Assembly (NCBI RefSeq): GCF_004010195.1
Contig: NC_057711.1
Coordinates: 81,481,366-81,545,365 of the forward strand
Direction: 5' to 3'
DNA: 64,000 nucleotides
From: Chiloscyllium plagiosum
Taxonomy: Eukaryota
Shown: positions 1 to 13,835 of the stretch, piece by piece
How positions within the stretch are numbered: position 1 is the stretch's first letter
How the letters are laid out: the number at the start of each line of letters is the position of its first letter
Position numbers and translations under genes: made by a program
Notes under the pieces: model-generated
What the model was told of the DNA's origin: nothing
Database searches by the model: none
What the model saw: the letters and a program-made list of their open reading frames with translations, nothing else

Positions 1-597
1 CAACAATGAATCAGAACCCTAAAGTGCTGTGGATGTTTTAAATTTTTAAATCCAAAATATATGTTTTAAAAGAGGAATGCAACAGTCAGAAACACATTAT
101 AATGTGAATTCAGTCACTGTCTGGTAAAGTCCAACGTGGGACCCATAGAATGTCATGGCTTTGAATGTCAGGAAACTTCAAACAGAGAGAGAGAGACAAA
201 CACACCACAGAAAGAGGTGATGAGAAAGTTATCTCCACTGTATCAGGACAAGGCAAACTCTTACAGATGTCTTTGGTTTAGACCTTCCAGGAATATACAC
301 AGAGGTTAAAAGCTAACAGTAACTTTGGACTGTGTGTGCTGGTGAAATAGGTATGGTAGCGAACAGAAATAACCTAAATACTAGCCTAGATTCACAATGC
401 TAGTGTGCTGTGAACTTCGCAGTTGAAGAATCACCCACTAGTTACCACTGCATTGTAGGTAAAGGGGCACTCTCATTCTGGCTTTTTAACTAGCTTGCTT
501 CTGGCACTAAGTAAGAAGAAAATGGAGGAACAGAGGGATTTTCTCAGTCTGAGTGTTGCCAGCTAATCACCATCCAATGGAAACAGGACAGAAGGCT

Positions 598-1798
598 TCG
601 TGGAAAGGAAATTATGCCTGACTATGTTATTACAGATTTTTGTGGAAGTTTCATCCAAAGTGGATAGAGGGGAGCCAGAGGATATATTGTCTTTGAACTT
701 CCAGATGGCATTCAACAAGGTACTTCACAAAAGGTTTTGTCTTAAGATAAGAGCCCAGGGTGTTGGAGGTAGTATATTGAGATGGATAGAAAATTGGCTA
801 ATGGACAGGAAACAAAGAGGGAGGATAAGGAATTCATTTTCTGTTTGGTGACCCTTGATCAGTGGGGTTCCACAGGGATCAGTGCTGGGACTGCAACTGT
901 TTACAATATATACTAATGACTGTAAGGAAGGAAATGAATGCACTGTAGTCAAATTTACAAATGACACTAAAATAAGTGAAAAGTCAGGTTATAAGAAGGT
1001 TATAAACAGTTTACAGAGAGATATTGACAAGTTAAGTAGGTTGGCAAATGGAGTATAATGTGGGAAAATATGAAGAGCGAAGAACAGAATATCATTTAAA
1101 TGGAGAAAAATTGAAGAAATCTGCAACACAAAGGGACAATGTGACTACTTGTGTATGAAACAGAAAATTAGCCCATAGGTGCAGCAGGTAATCAGGAAAG
1201 GTAATGGAATGTTGGCCCTTATTTCAAGGGGCTTGAAGTATACAAGTAGAAAAGTCTTACTGCAACTGTACAAGGTGCTGGTGAGACCACATCTGGAGTG
1301 CTGTGAGTAGTTTGGCCCCTTTATTTTAGAAAAGATATTATTTCAGTTCAGAGAAGGTTTGTCTTATGAGCAAAGGTCAAACAGGTTGGGGCTCCACTCA
1401 CTGGAGTTTAGAAGAACGAGAGGTGATCTTATTGAAATGTATGGGATCCTAAAGGAGCTTGACAGGCTAAATGCTGAGACAATGTTTCCCCCTCATGGGA
1501 GAGTCTAGGACCAGAGGCCACAGTCTCAGAATAAAAGGGGCACCAATTTAAGACTGAAATGCAGAGGAATTTCTTCTCTCACAGGTTGTGAGTCTTTGAA
1601 ATTCCTTCCTAAAGAGAGTCATGGGGAATAATCCATGTGTATGTTTAAAGTTGAGACAGATAGATCCTTGAGCAGTAGATGAATCAAGGGGAAAGGGTAA
1701 GAAAGTGGATGTGAGGAATGTTGAATCAACCATGCTCCTACTGACTGGCAGAGCAGGCTCAGTGGGCCACTCCTGCTTCTATTTCTTATGGTCTTATG
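598..1798 (+). mobile_element. CR1-clade LINE, 5'-truncated (decayed RT plus 3' UTR)
   Basis: ORF fragments read like CR1 RT: 'LNFQMAFNKVLHKR', 'WIENWLMDRKQR', 'SGVPQGSVLG', 'KFTNDTK'. Frameshifted; ends in a (TCTTATG)n-type tail. Confidence 0.9.
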
Positions 1799-3304
1799 GG
1801 TTTCAACCAGCTGTAAAGCCTACAGTCCTGAAATTCACTGTTCAGCTTTCCTCTCTTCACGAACCACCCAGAGAGACTGATTCGTGTATTGCTTAACTTT
1901 TTTCAGGCTCATTTCTTATTTTTAAAATCTGTGTGTGTTTTACTATTATTTCTTCTTGCATTTAGTAACTAATAATGCACTCTTCCATTAAACTGAAAGT
2001 CTGGTTCAATTGGCTCCTTTTCAAATATATATTCATTAAGAGTGGGAGAAAGGCGCCAACAAGGGTAGGCTCCTTTTTAAATTAATTCTGTTGTGACCAA
2101 CCCAGGGGTTTGGGTGAACAGAGAAGTGGAGTCAGTTCATCCGTCCTCACCTGAAGGCTTAATGACTTAGGTTATTCCATCTGTATCTGTAATAACTTGG
2201 GGAATGTCACATAGGGTTGGTTATAACAGCAATGGAACAAGAAGATGCCCTCTCAATCATTTTCAAAAAAAAACATTAAAAAACACAAAAAATATAGCTA
2301 GGCAACACTTTACAAGTGGTCATTTGCTTCACTTTGGGAGGGAATGCCTTTAAGTCTTTTAGGAGCACTGGAACTCCAGCCTCCTGCTGCTTGCGCAGCA
2401 TCAGGCACCTCGGCACATCCAGAAGGATAACTATAAGATTACAGTCAACTTCCTTAATTCTTGTTCAGCAAGGATTTCAATGAGCCTAAGTGCTCTGGCA
2501 AGCTTGTGGGAGCATGTGACCTGACCAGGTAGCAGGACTGAAAATCCCAGCAATGGAAACAGGACTACAAACGTATTTTGCAACCTGAGCTAATCATTTT
2601 CATATTTTGTCATGCTACATTCTCAATATCGTCAGTGCCTAAAAAAAATTAAACCCATATTTCAGTATTATGTAAAGCTCGTTAACCCAGACTATGATAT
2701 TAGCAGAAAAACAACAGATTAATTCAGCAGGAACTCAATTAAAATGGTTCATCTATTTCACCACAATTCAATCAATATAAAATGTTCTTGCCGTCCATTA
2801 AACATGCTTACAGTGCACAAGTTCATATATTAAGTCTATTTAGGTATTCTATTAATTTCTTCTCAAAGTAACAGTCAGTGCAAAAGATATTTATTGTCTC
2901 CAGTAAAATTAAGCTGGGTTAATAGAATACCTTGACTGGTAGTACATGTGCTTCTATCTATCCTGAAACCATCAATCTGAGACAAGAGAGTCAGAGATCA
3001 AATTCATTCAGTTCCATTACACAGCTAATTATCAGATACCATAATAAATAAATTATTAAATGACCAAACTTTAACTACTGGAAGAAAGAGTAATTGTATT
3101 CTCCCAACAAAATTTTGAACTTATGTACATTTATTCACATGGAATAGAAAAGTGATGTGGTCACAAGTCTCATCTCAAGCTGAGAACTAGCGCAAATACA
3201 TCCAGATGACTGCAAATTTGAAAATGTTTCATTTATCATAAAGGGACCAATCACATTTCTTAAATAACATTTGATCAAATATGATTTATTTTCTCTCACC
3301 AATT

Positions 3305-3590
3305 GATAGGAACACAGAATATAGGAGTAGGCCATTCAACTTTTCAATATGATCATGGTTCATTATCACACTCAGTAACCTGTGCCCACTTGCTCCCCAT
3401 ACCCTTTGATCATTTTAACCAGGAGAATTATATCTAACTCCTTCTTGAAAACACTCAATATCTTGGCTTCATCGGCTTTCTGTTTTCTGAGGATTCATTA
3501 CACTTACCACTCTCCAGATGAAGAAGCTTCTCAATCTCTCATTCCTAAATGGTCTACGCTGAATCCTTAGACTGTGACTCCTGATTCTGG
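3305..3590 (-). mobile_element. CR1 LINE 3' end fragment
   Basis: 'ataggagtaggccattcaac...atgatcatgg' matches the reverse complement of the CR1 3' UTR seen in other copies in this window. Confidence 0.7.
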
Positions 3591-4713
3591 AATAGAGCCC
3601 AATATATAATCCTTAACATGCTATTGGTAGCAAGACAAACACCAACAATTTGTGTCTATATACAATGTAGTTTTTTTAACATACTTTTCTTGCTCTTACC
3701 GTCCTTATTTTTAAACTTATGTTCAATTTTACCGTGTTTTGTGAACAATGTTTTGGTAAATGTACTAAGATGGAGATTGATCTCCAAGGTGCCTATTTTG
3801 TCAGCTGTTTTTTTCTGCTTGTCCAAAAAAAAGGACACTTTTTCAACCTATTTAATCTTACTTTGCCAGCCAATTGTTTTTTTCAACAGACAGGTAGGGT
3901 GAAAGTAACCACCCTTGTACCTCTACGTTGTGGAACTGAGTGCAACTCTGTCTCTGTCAGTTAATGCAATGTTGTAATAATAGTGAGTAATAGTAGCATG
4001 ACAGAACATTTTGGCACAAAGCTAATGAGGTCAGAATATGAGTAGTTTTTAGGCTGTTTAGAAAATGATATGCTAATTATATCTATGGGTCACAGTATTA
4101 GGTTTTCATTTGTACTTAAAAATGATGAGCATAATTGAGCTGTGCTTTCAGCAGCTGCAGTAACACATTAGGCGAGCAATTTTTCTACTTGCCTACCTGA
4201 TTTAAAAACTGAGAAAGATGTCTTGTAATCTTCTATTAAACCATCCTTTGCCTGTCTCCTCATTATTCAGAATATGTTCAATTATTTGTAATTAAGGTAA
4301 TGAAAAGGACAGTGGCAGTAATGAAGGTAATTGGAAGCAGCCTACTGAGAGAAATCTAAACTGTTTTTGATTCATCAGAACACATCACAAATGATAAGCA
4401 TTTATTAAATGGAGAAAACCTGAAAATTAAAAACAACCACTGTACAATTATAGTTAGATCTGGAAATGTTAGCACTATTTCAGGTAATGGCAGTTTTAAT
4501 TACTGTTGTCTCCTGAACAGCTATATTTTAGACAAATGGTAACTGAGGGATGGCAATCCTTTTGAACAAAACAAAAACGTTGTAACCAATTTTGCATGAA
4601 GTGATCACCACTCTGAGCTTTTTCAGGCTTTTCAGGAAACTACTTAAAGCTCCAAGACTTAGGAGCAGCAGTAGGCCCTGAGCCTGCTATGCCATTCAGT
4701 AAGATCATTTTAT

Positions 4714-5033
4714 GGGCAGCACAGTGGCACAGTGGGTAGCACTGCTGCCTCACAGCATCAGAGACCCGGGTTCAATTCCTGCCTCAGACAACTGTCTGTG
4801 TGGAGTTTGCACATTCTCCCTGTGTCTACGTGGGTCTCCTCTGGGTGCTCTGGTTTCCTCCCACAGTCCAAAAATGTGCAGGTTAGGTGAATTGGCCATG
4901 CTAAATTGCCCATAGTGTTAGGTGAAGAGGTAAATGTAGGGGAATGGGTCTGGGTGGGTTGCTCTTTGGAGGGTCAGCGTGGACTTGTTGGGCCAAAGGA
5001 CCTGTTTCCACACTGTAAATTATCTAATCTAAT
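4714..5033 (+). mobile_element. HE1-type tRNA-derived V-SINE
   Basis: A box 'gtggcacagtgg', B box 'gggttcaattcc', V-domain 'tgtgtggagtttgcacattctccc...tttcctcccacagtcc', CR1-like tail and (CTAAT)n end. Confidence 0.9.
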
Positions 5034-5099
5034 CATGCCTAATCTGGGTGTGGTCTGAAATTCACTTCCCCATTTGCCTCCACAATCTATGACTCCTGA

Positions 5100-5987
5100 A
5101 TTAATTCCATGAAGGCCGGTATCCTGTCACCTTATCAGCCTGGCAAGAGTGTCTACTTCTATCAGCATACACTGGAACTCATAACCTCCACTTGTCACAT
5201 TTTCTAACAACAAAGCCAGTTGTAGAGCCTGTTTGAAGTTCAGGTAGGCTTCTGCTAAAAGGCAGTTTTGTATGGTTCCGTCATTAATTCCACATACCAA
5301 ACAGTCCCTTAACATCCTATTAAGGGTTAAATTAAAGCCACATGCCTCTGACAGTTTTCTTAACCTTGTCAAAAATCCCAATACAGATATACTCTGATTT
5401 GCAAACTGCCAAGTAAATCAGAATAGAGGAGTTTGGGGTCTAAATATTCCTTAGTTAAATCTGTCAATTCTTGAAAGATTTTAGTATCTGGTGGCTCCAG
5501 GAAAGTTAGGCTCCTAATGACTGAAAAAAGCCACACACTGTTAGGAGAATTACTCATTGCTTTTAACTCCCAATGTCATTTGCCTGGAAAAAATAGCACA
5601 TTATTTCCACATACTGGGCCTAGGTTTCAACAACAGGATCAAATAAGTCAAGCTTCCCAAATACAGGCATGATGCCAGAAATACTTACCCCCAACTCCAA
5701 GGTGATTTGGTGAGTGAATCCCTTCAGGGCATTTTTTTTCTCATTGCCACTGAAATAACTCCATGAAGGCCAGTGTCCAGTCACCCAGTCACCCTTTATT
5801 TCCATGTGCATAGTCCATGATATTGACCCAGCTAGCTCAGAGCCGGTACCTAGAGTGAGCAGAACCCCTGATATTCTTGGTTAGTATCTGTCAGCCAAGA
5901 CTTCCTGTTTGGACCAGGTTACCAGCCTCAATCAGGGAACCCAGACTTTATGAGATCAACATGGCTGATCTCGTTCCAAATACTACA
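5100..5987 (-). mobile_element. Gypsy LTR retrotransposon 5' fragment: LTR (5751-5987), PBS, decayed gag
   Basis: Minus-strand LTR runs TGTAGTA...TTATTTCA and is followed by PBS-like GTGGCAATGAG. Gag-like peptides 'MPVFGKLDLFDP' and 'LRKLSEACGF...MLRDCLVCGINDGTIQNCLLAE'. Confidence 0.8.
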
Positions 5988-6879
5988 ACTGCCTTGCCTG
6001 TCAAATATTTATCCAACTCGTCTTGGATAAATCCAATGACCCGGCCTCCAGTGCTTCCTGAGGAAGAGAATTCCACATATTACCATCTCTTTGAAAGAGA
6101 AAGATTCTCATCTCCCTCTTAAAGGAACGCCTCTTATTCTCAACTGCATCACCTAGTTCTCATATAGCAAGTATATATGGTTATCATTTGAATAGATGTG
6201 ACAAGGTTCTTGTGATCACTGACAAACAGAAATTGATCAAGAAACTCAGCAGATCTGGCAACATCTGTGGAGAGAAAACAGAGTTAATGTTTCAAGTCCA
6301 GTGACCCTTCCTCAGAAGGGTCGGAATATCTACTGATGATACTTCCTTCCACTGGTCTGCCTCTAACACGGTCTCCTTCTTCCTCACCCAAACACTCCAT
6401 ACCCTTGTAGTTGACAGAGACCTTAGCTACATCCGGCCCATCTCCCACACTTCTGCTCTTATCTCCTTTTTCCCATTGGGTTCCGATAGGATTTCCCGAT
6501 CCTTACTTTCCACCACATGAGTCTCCATGTTCAAAGAGTCATCCTCCATCGTTTCCACCATCTCCAGCAAGATGCCACTATTCAATACATCTTCTGCTAC
6601 CCTCCATTGTCAGCATTCAGCATGGATTATTCCATTGTGACATCCTGGTGCACTTTTCCATCGTGCCTCAAGCTTCCCTACTCCCTCATGACCCCTTCCC
6701 ATGCAATTACAGAAAGCAAAACATTTGTCATTCACCTCCTCACTGTCCAAGGCCACAAACTCACCTTCCAAGTGAAGTATTATTTACCTTGTGCTTCTGT
6801 CAATCTAGTCCATTGCATTAGCTGCTCAAAATGCATTATCCTTTACATTGGCAAGACCAATTTCAGACAGGGTGACCTC

Positions 6880-7082
6880 TTCTTTATAACGAAAGTACAC
6901 TTTATTCATAAAAACAAACCTTATATACATACATATTCATATGAGCTGTTTGATTCTGTACATATGGAGAACAAACAAACTTAAGCATTTCTTACATATG
7001 CAAGATTGTTTTTACATATATTTAAGGTACTGGGAGGGCCCGATTACTGAATGGACCCCATTTAACTTTGGCAGAAAGACCT
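6880..7082 (-). mobile_element. Probable L1/Tx1-type LINE 3' UTR fragment inserted in the PLE
   Basis: Interrupts the PLE reading frame after YIG. Minus strand ends 'ttttatgaataaagtgtacttt' (polyA signal). Confidence 0.4.
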
Positions 7083-7180
7083 AACATCTCTGCTCTGTCC
7101 ACATGAATGACCGTGACCTCCCAGTTGCTTGCCAATTCAATGAATGAATAAAATTCAATGAACTGCCTTACTCTCATGCT

Positions 7181-7660
7181 GTGTAACAGAGAGACCTAGG
7201 CTTTCAGGTATAAAATTCTTTGATATTTGCATCACATCAGCAATGACCACAGGTGAGGTAGCAGAAAATTGGAAATTGGATAATGTAGTTCCACTATTTC
7301 AGAAAGGTGGTAAGAAAAAGCCAGGGAACTATAGACCGGTGAGCCTGATATCAGTGGTGGGCAAGTTGTTGGAAGGGATTCTGAGGGACAGGATTTACAT
7401 GTATATGGAAAGGCGTGGACTGATTATGGATAGTCAACATCGCTTTGTACGTGGAAAATTGTGTCTCACCATCTTAACTAAGTTTTTTGAAGAAGTTACA
7501 AAGACAAGTGATTAAGGCAGGGCAGTGAATGTGATCTATATAGACTTCAGGAAGACGTTCGACAAGTTCCGCATGGTAGCAAGGTTAGATCACATGGAAT
7601 ATAGGAAGAATTGGCCATTTAGATACAGAACTAGCTTGAAACTAAGAGACAGAGGGCAGC
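7181..7660 (+). mobile_element. CR1 LINE RT fragment
   Basis: 'WKLDNVVPLFQKGGKKKPGNYRPVSLISVVGKLLEGILRD' is a typical CR1 RT N-terminal region. Confidence 0.9.
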
Positions 7661-9292
7661 GGTTTCTGTGCAGTATGGCTCCATGATTCAATAACGTTTC
7701 TGTCCTAGGCCTGCTGAAATATTCCAATAAAGCAAAACACAAACTCAAAAAACAAAACTTCATTTTCTATTTCTATTATAGCCTTGAGGCCCCAGTGCTG
7801 AATTCAACATCTTCAGAAACTGACCACGTTATTTATGTTCTCCATTATCTTACATCTTTCCCATTTCCCACCCCCAACAGCCTTGTTTTGTATGTGTCTT
7901 GTTTACGTTGCTCTTTCTAGACTATTCTCTCCCTCTCATAGCGTAATTTGAATTCATTTTACTTTTCTTTCTCTTTCTTGCCATTAACAAGCCTTTTATC
8001 TTTTGCACTGGGCATTTGCCTCGGTCAAAAGGTATTTTAAAAAGACATTTTCTAACACTTTTCAGTTCTGGAAACGTATTATACTGAACTTGAAATGTTA
8101 ACTCTGTTTCTCTCTCCACAGGTACTGCTACACCTGCTGAGTTTCTCCAGCTGTCTCTTTATTTGTTTCTTCAGAGCTATTCTTGATAAAGTAACTGCCA
8201 TTGTTTGTTAACTTCTCTTGTATGCAATCCTAGTGAGCCATATCTCATCCAATACAATTTCGAAGTGCTAAATTACAATGTGCCATCTTCCCAACAACTT
8301 CCCTCCTACTGAAAAGAGAAACCAATAGCTTGTGATCTGTTTCAGTCTTAAATTTTAAACTTGAAACATCATCCAAGAATCTCCAACATATGTAGTTTGC
8401 CACCAAGGCTTTTTTTCCAACTGTAACGTATTTTGTCTCTGTCTCTTTTACAGACTTTGAAGCATAATAAACTGGCTTACAAGTTCCATCTTTCTGGACT
8501 TATACCAACTCAGGCTTGTGGATTACTGTTGGATACTGTGGTCATAATATTATAAAACTTCAAAAGAGGTTACCAATTTCTTAATCCTTCTGAGAGTATT
8601 GCTCTGATTGACATTACAACTGAGATGGACAGTTGGCCGTGGCTACAAGCAAACTCAGTTCAAATTTCATTTTACAGAATGGCAGTTTTCAATTCCAAAA
8701 CCACAGTTTGCCTCGTGACATTAGTTTGTTAAGTGATGATAGATTAGAAATGACCTTTCCATTTGGTTATCCAAACTCCAAAAATCTTTGTAGTTCTGAA
8801 GTTCCTGGGTTGCAGAAATTTTCCAATCACCTTTGCTTTCTGAGCATCAACCATTATTCCCATGGTTTGCACTGTGTGATTTAAGAATTTGATCATTGGC
8901 TGTGCAATTCATGCTTATTTAACATTATCCCTACATCCCACATGGTTTTGAGAACCTACCTAACTGTTAGATCGTGTTCCTCCTTTGTAGAACCATGTAT
9001 TAGAATATCATCTACCTGAGATATCCACCAGAAATATTATTTTGTCCTTATTTTGGAGTATATTGGATACTGTCCTCGAGAATATTTCAGCCATGGGCAC
9101 TATCCCAAAGGATAGTTGGTTGAACCAATAATGACAAAAGGGAATTACAAAAGTAGCTAGCAACCTTGATACTGTGTCCAAAATTAACAGTTAGCATTTA
9201 ATAGTAGCAGTTGGTAGTTAAGAAAGCTGTGACCTTATTGTACAAATCTCATTTTATTTCTAATTATCATTCACAGCAAGAACATTAGTTGG

Positions 9293-10419
9293 TGTTATGA
9301 TCCCAACTGATGGTAATATTGACAAGTCAGATTCCAGACTGAAACCTGGCTTCACAGATCTTAAATTTTATTTTTCCAAATTGATTACCATTGTGGTCAG
9401 TGACTGAGATGTTCACATATGATTGTTATATACTTCTAACAAAAGAATATAAGTTTATTACACAAAAGAAAAAAAAATGACAGTTTGCAAAAGTCTTCTC
9501 TTAAATAGCAGAAAGAAAGATACAAAGCATCTGAGGAGCAGGTAGGTCATCGTTTTGGGCCAAAACCCTTCATCATGACAGACCTAACGAATGGTTTTGG
9601 CCCAAAGCATTGACCTTCCTGCCCCTTGTGAGCTGTCTGACCTGCTGTCCTCTTCCAGCTTCACATCTATTGACTCTGACTTTCAGCACCTGCAGTCCTT
9701 ACTGTCTCTTAGAAAGAAAGATGCAATCTTTTTCCCAACAAAATCCTTTACAGACACTCAACCCCAATGAAATCTTCATTTCAACAGACAAGATTGCAAC
9801 TATTTCATTTAAGCAACTTTCTGCACATTCACCAGATGTCATTCTCTGTTTCTTCCTGAGAGATACAGGTTAACCTCTTGATTTTTCTCTGACTTTGACT
9901 ACCATAAGACTGTGAATTCCTTTTTCTACCTCTGTTAACTTGGAGACTGTCAAAAACAAAACTGCCATTCTGTAATATGAAATTTTCTTTAGAACTGAAT
10001 GTGCTTGTAGCCCCAGCTAACTGCCTCTCTCAGTTGTAAAAACTCCACTTTGTATATACCTCAATAATTACCTCATCAGGTACCTTGATAGTCATTTATG
10101 TAACATCATATGCTTTCTTGGAAAAGCTGTTTAGAAGTAATTCTAAAAAGACGTTACCGACCACATGTAAAAAAAGGAATGCCACTTGCATAGAATTAAA
10201 ACAAAAACCTATTTAGCTATACTTTAGAACCCAAGTTCCCAAAAAAAAGAGTCTGCAAATCTGGATTACACACTGACTCTCAAAAAATGCATAGATGCCT
10301 TTAAGAGACATTTGGACTTTCTATTAATATTGTCTTATCACCAACACTTTTAACAGAAACAATATACTTATATATACATACACATAGGAATTTTGTTAAA
10401 AATTATCTTCTCCACAACA
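9293..10419. mobile_element. Possible old solo LTR
   Basis: Bounded by TGTTATGA...CACAACA (TG...CA with short inverted ends). No target-site duplication found. Confidence 0.3.
9525..9705. mobile_element. Decayed PLE-derived palindromic element (two inverted hammerhead-bearing ends)
   Basis: 'ggtcatcgttttgggccaaaacccttcatca' and its inverse 'ggttttggcccaaagcattgacc', followed by 'tgacctgctg...ccagc...tgactctgactttcagcacctgcagtcctt'. Confidence 0.65.
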
Positions 10420-10438
10420 TTCATTTTCTTCCATATTT

Positions 10439-10727
10439 GGTTACTTACAGTGTGGAAACTGGCCCTTCAGCCCAACAAGTCCACACCGACACGCAACCCA
10501 CCCAGACCCATTCCCGTACGTTTACCCTTCACCTAACACTACGGGCAATTTAACACGGCCAATTCACCTAACCTGCACATTTTTGGACTGTGGGAGGAAA
10601 CTAGAGGAACCCACACGCAGACACGGGGAGAATGTGCAAACTCCACACAATCAGTCGCCTGAGGCTAGAATTGAACCCAGGTCTCTGGCGCTCTCAGGCA
10701 GCAGTGCTAAACACTGTGCCACCGTGC
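10439..10727 (-). mobile_element. HE1-type V-SINE
   Basis: Reverse complement of the 4714-5033 SINE (A/B boxes, V domain, tail). Confidence 0.9.
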
Positions 10728-11439
10728 TCTTTAGAAAGATTTGTTATAATATGTCACTTCCTTTCACATGAAAGATTTTCAAATGGTGTTGTTGTGGCAT
10801 TCAGACTGAATGAAAAAGTCTTAGATTTTTATCACAGAAGCCATGCAAGAAAGTTAAAGAATCGTGATTCATTTACATTACAGTTCTCTGCGGTATTGCG
10901 AGATATGTAGGCTTCAAGTTATTGTAGAGCCAAAGACAGGCTCAGTGTTTCTTTCTTCATCATCAAATATTCTTGTTGGTATACATTTAGTTTGTATGAA
11001 AGATAATAGACCATTATTTGATTCCCACCTAGTCTTCCCATAATAAAATGGCAGGCATAACGACGTAGCTGGCATCACAGCCAGTTTTAAGTGGCTTACT
11101 ACAATTTGGTGCTGCTAAACTCAATGCGATGGCATACACAGCTTTTAAGTTGTCAAAGGCATTCTGACATTCCTTTGTCAATGTGAATTTTTTCTTTTGA
11201 ACTGAACCTGCTTGTAGCTACTGGCCATCTGTCCCTCTCAGTTGTAAAAACCCCACTTTCTCAACACTTTCATAATGATTCAAATTTCTTTATTAACAAG
11301 TTCAGAAAACAAGCCACTGTAGTGCTCAAACTGAGAACGTACTTTAGACACAATCCACTCATGCCCATAGATCACAGAATTTCACATGTTATCTCAGTCA
11401 CTGGAAAATCCAAGATAGCCCTTATTTTTGCTTCTCGAG

Positions 11440-12600
11440 GCCATATCTAACTTGTCCCCACATAGAGGCCAGAATGACAGTGACCTGTGGAAATAGCCTC
11501 TCCAGAGCACCTGTCTCCACCTGTGTTCCATGAGATCCCACCCTTTCATCTTCAATCATCCTCTTACATTGTAATCATCTCCTCAGCAGCCCAATCCAAT
11601 GGTGTTCATCCCACATTTAAGTTTGCTTATCTTCCCCAGGACTCTATGGACATCTCGTGATAAGTGCCTGATCATTTTTAATCAAATCCCCAAGACTGAC
11701 ACAGTCCATCTCCTGGCTGAACAACCAGGAGATGGACAACCGCAACTTACCGCAGAGCAGGCCACAGACCCATGTCTGCTGCAGCACACTGACAGACATG
11801 TCTAATCCTTGGAATGGAGGTGATTGCACGTAACCTGCAGGGCTGATCATGGCCCACTTACTGGACTGCAACGACGTTAATACGCAAACTCTGGTAAGGC
11901 CACATGCTTTACTGATTGGAGTCAAGCCTATGTACTGCAATCAATCAAGCACTTTGATTTATCATGGTGGTACCCACTGACTGACTGTAGTCTATCAAGA
12001 ACCCACTAAAAACTGCACCCCTTTGACTTTCAGACATGGCCTTTTTGTTTAAGCACAGGCAGTGTGATTGTTGTGTAAGCTTGGGCACATGTTGTAGGTG
12101 TGACTTTGATAGAATATGGTGCCATATAGGGACATCTTGACTGTTCAGTGCTCCAAAATTTTACCAACAACTTGCCTCTCCCGATGCGCTAAACAGCAAT
12201 GGACACCAGCCTCCATAGAATCATATAGTAAATGAGTGCTAACAATGAAACTGAGAGCCATAGGATGCACCCTGCTTAGATGCCTGTCTGTGCATGAGAT
12301 GCTCTTGTGTTCCTGCATGCAAAGCAACCCAACAGAACCTGCAATTCACAGGTTTTCCTGAGTCCAAGGTCAAGTCCTTGAAGAGTTGAAATGGTATAGG
12401 TTTTGATCGAAAGCTGGCAAGATGATATAGTGAGGCTGGTGGTTTGCCAATGCTGACCTGTGTGGACAAATGGTGGAGGGGGATAGTATGAATAGAGCAC
12501 ACAAAAACATTGTGATGAAAGCAGATTTAGATGAAGGCTGGGATAGACAATCGGCAAGCTGCAGCTGCCAGGTACCAATTCAGACTTTCCTGTAAGGAAC
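11440..12600 (-). mobile_element. Highly decayed non-LTR retrotransposon, Vingi/I-group-like RT relic
   Basis: Minus-strand peptides resembling 'GKP..NYRPISLL' (GKPVNCRF), 'QxGFR' (QTGI) and 'AYDxVWH' (YGTIFY/WHHIL) in the expected order. Confidence 0.4.
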
Positions 12601-13449
12601 TTGCACTGTCTTGTTTCTCAGAAAAGAGAGAAGAATTAGAAATAGCACATTAATGAGACGAGTTGGGCAATAATGAGATACAAATACATACAAGATATTT
12701 GACACACAATAGCAAGATTGAAAGCTTAAGGGAAACATTGGGAAATATTTTCTGGACATCTGGTTTTCAATTTCTTTTATATTCTCTGTGTAGTTTCCTA
12801 AATTTTCACCTTTGTTCATGCCTCTCCATCTGAGGGAAAAATGCCACCCAATGAGGTTCTGACCCTTTTTGTGAAAGAAAATGAGTCACCTTCACAAAAC
12901 TAAAACCCATTTAACTCCATTTTCAATCCAGGTTTCCAAACAGTAATACATGTCAAATCTATCCATGTTAGTATTTAACTGAAACTTACCAATTATTTTT
13001 CTTTGGTTCCCAGTCTTAAGGAGGGTTCCAACAAGGTCTTCACTGGAACAGCAGTTAGGTGTGGTTAATTAAAGAAGCATCTGAAACTGGTTCCTCTGTA
13101 ACTGAGTCAGGTAGACCTTCTCTATTACAAGCATATTTACAGAAGATTAACACTTCAATTGCAATTTATAGTGGAATGATGGGAGTTGTGATTAAGAGAG
13201 TTGGGAAGGAAATAAAGTGGTACACTGTTGCTTTTGATTTCTCTAACATTTTCAACCTCCATGAATAGATTCTTATTCTACAAAGTACAAGACACCAGTT
13301 ATTTTGGTAAATGGCCAAAACTTATTCTATTTTTAAAGTTCAAATTGCATAGCAATATATGGTAGCGATGTTAATAAAAATAAAAATAAATAATTGAATT
13401 TGATAATTAAGTAGTTAATTAGAACACATGAAAGATGATAGGAATTTGA

Positions 13450-13820
13450 TGGATTATACCTGTATCATAGGGGAGTTGCTGGATGCCAGTTTGATCCAGG
13501 GAAGCCGTGTCTATGTTTGAAGTTTGATCAGCTTTTGCTCAGAGGCTCAACTCAACACATTGTAGCACGTCAGGGACAGGAAACACTACCTGGATTCTTT
13601 ATATGAAGAGGCTGTCATTCTTCTTAAGATAGGGTCTTTTGATTTGGTCATTGTTCAGGGATAGGAAAGTGTGACTGCAATTGAGACAAGTAAGGATTGC
13701 AGGAGCCTTGGTCTTTGCTATTGTCTGGATTTAAAGTTCTTTCAGATTGTTTGTGAAACATCAGATTTCAACACATGGATGACTTATAGACCATGAAGTG
13801 GGGAATCTTAATATACTAGT
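13450..13820 (+). mobile_element. Possible CR1 ORF1 relic
   Basis: Weak resemblance to the CR1 ORF1 coiled-coil segment (...cacgtcagggacaggaaacactacctggat). Confidence 0.3.
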
Positions 13821-13835
13821 ACAAGGTCATGACAA

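Larger units (their letters stand above)
4655..6165 (-). mobile_element. CR1 3' end split by a SINE and a Gypsy insertion (pieces ~4655-4710, 5034-5100, 5988-6165)
   Basis: CR1 3' UTR motif 'ggagcagcagtaggcc...gccattcagtaagatcat' resumes after each inserted element. Confidence 0.55.
6221..8167 (+). mobile_element. Penelope-like element (PLE), decayed, with inverted terminal pLTR copies and two nested insertions
   Basis: GIY-YIG-like peptide 'CASVNLVHCISCSKCIILYIGKT' (ORF 6517-6984). 6221-6317 is an inverted copy of 8066-8167. Degenerate hammerhead CUGAGGA..GAAA on the minus strand at ~6283-6315. Confidence 0.8.

Noticed and set aside
4714..4790. tRNA gene
   Set aside because: The A/B boxes are the head of a multi-copy SINE that continues into a V domain and LINE-like tail.
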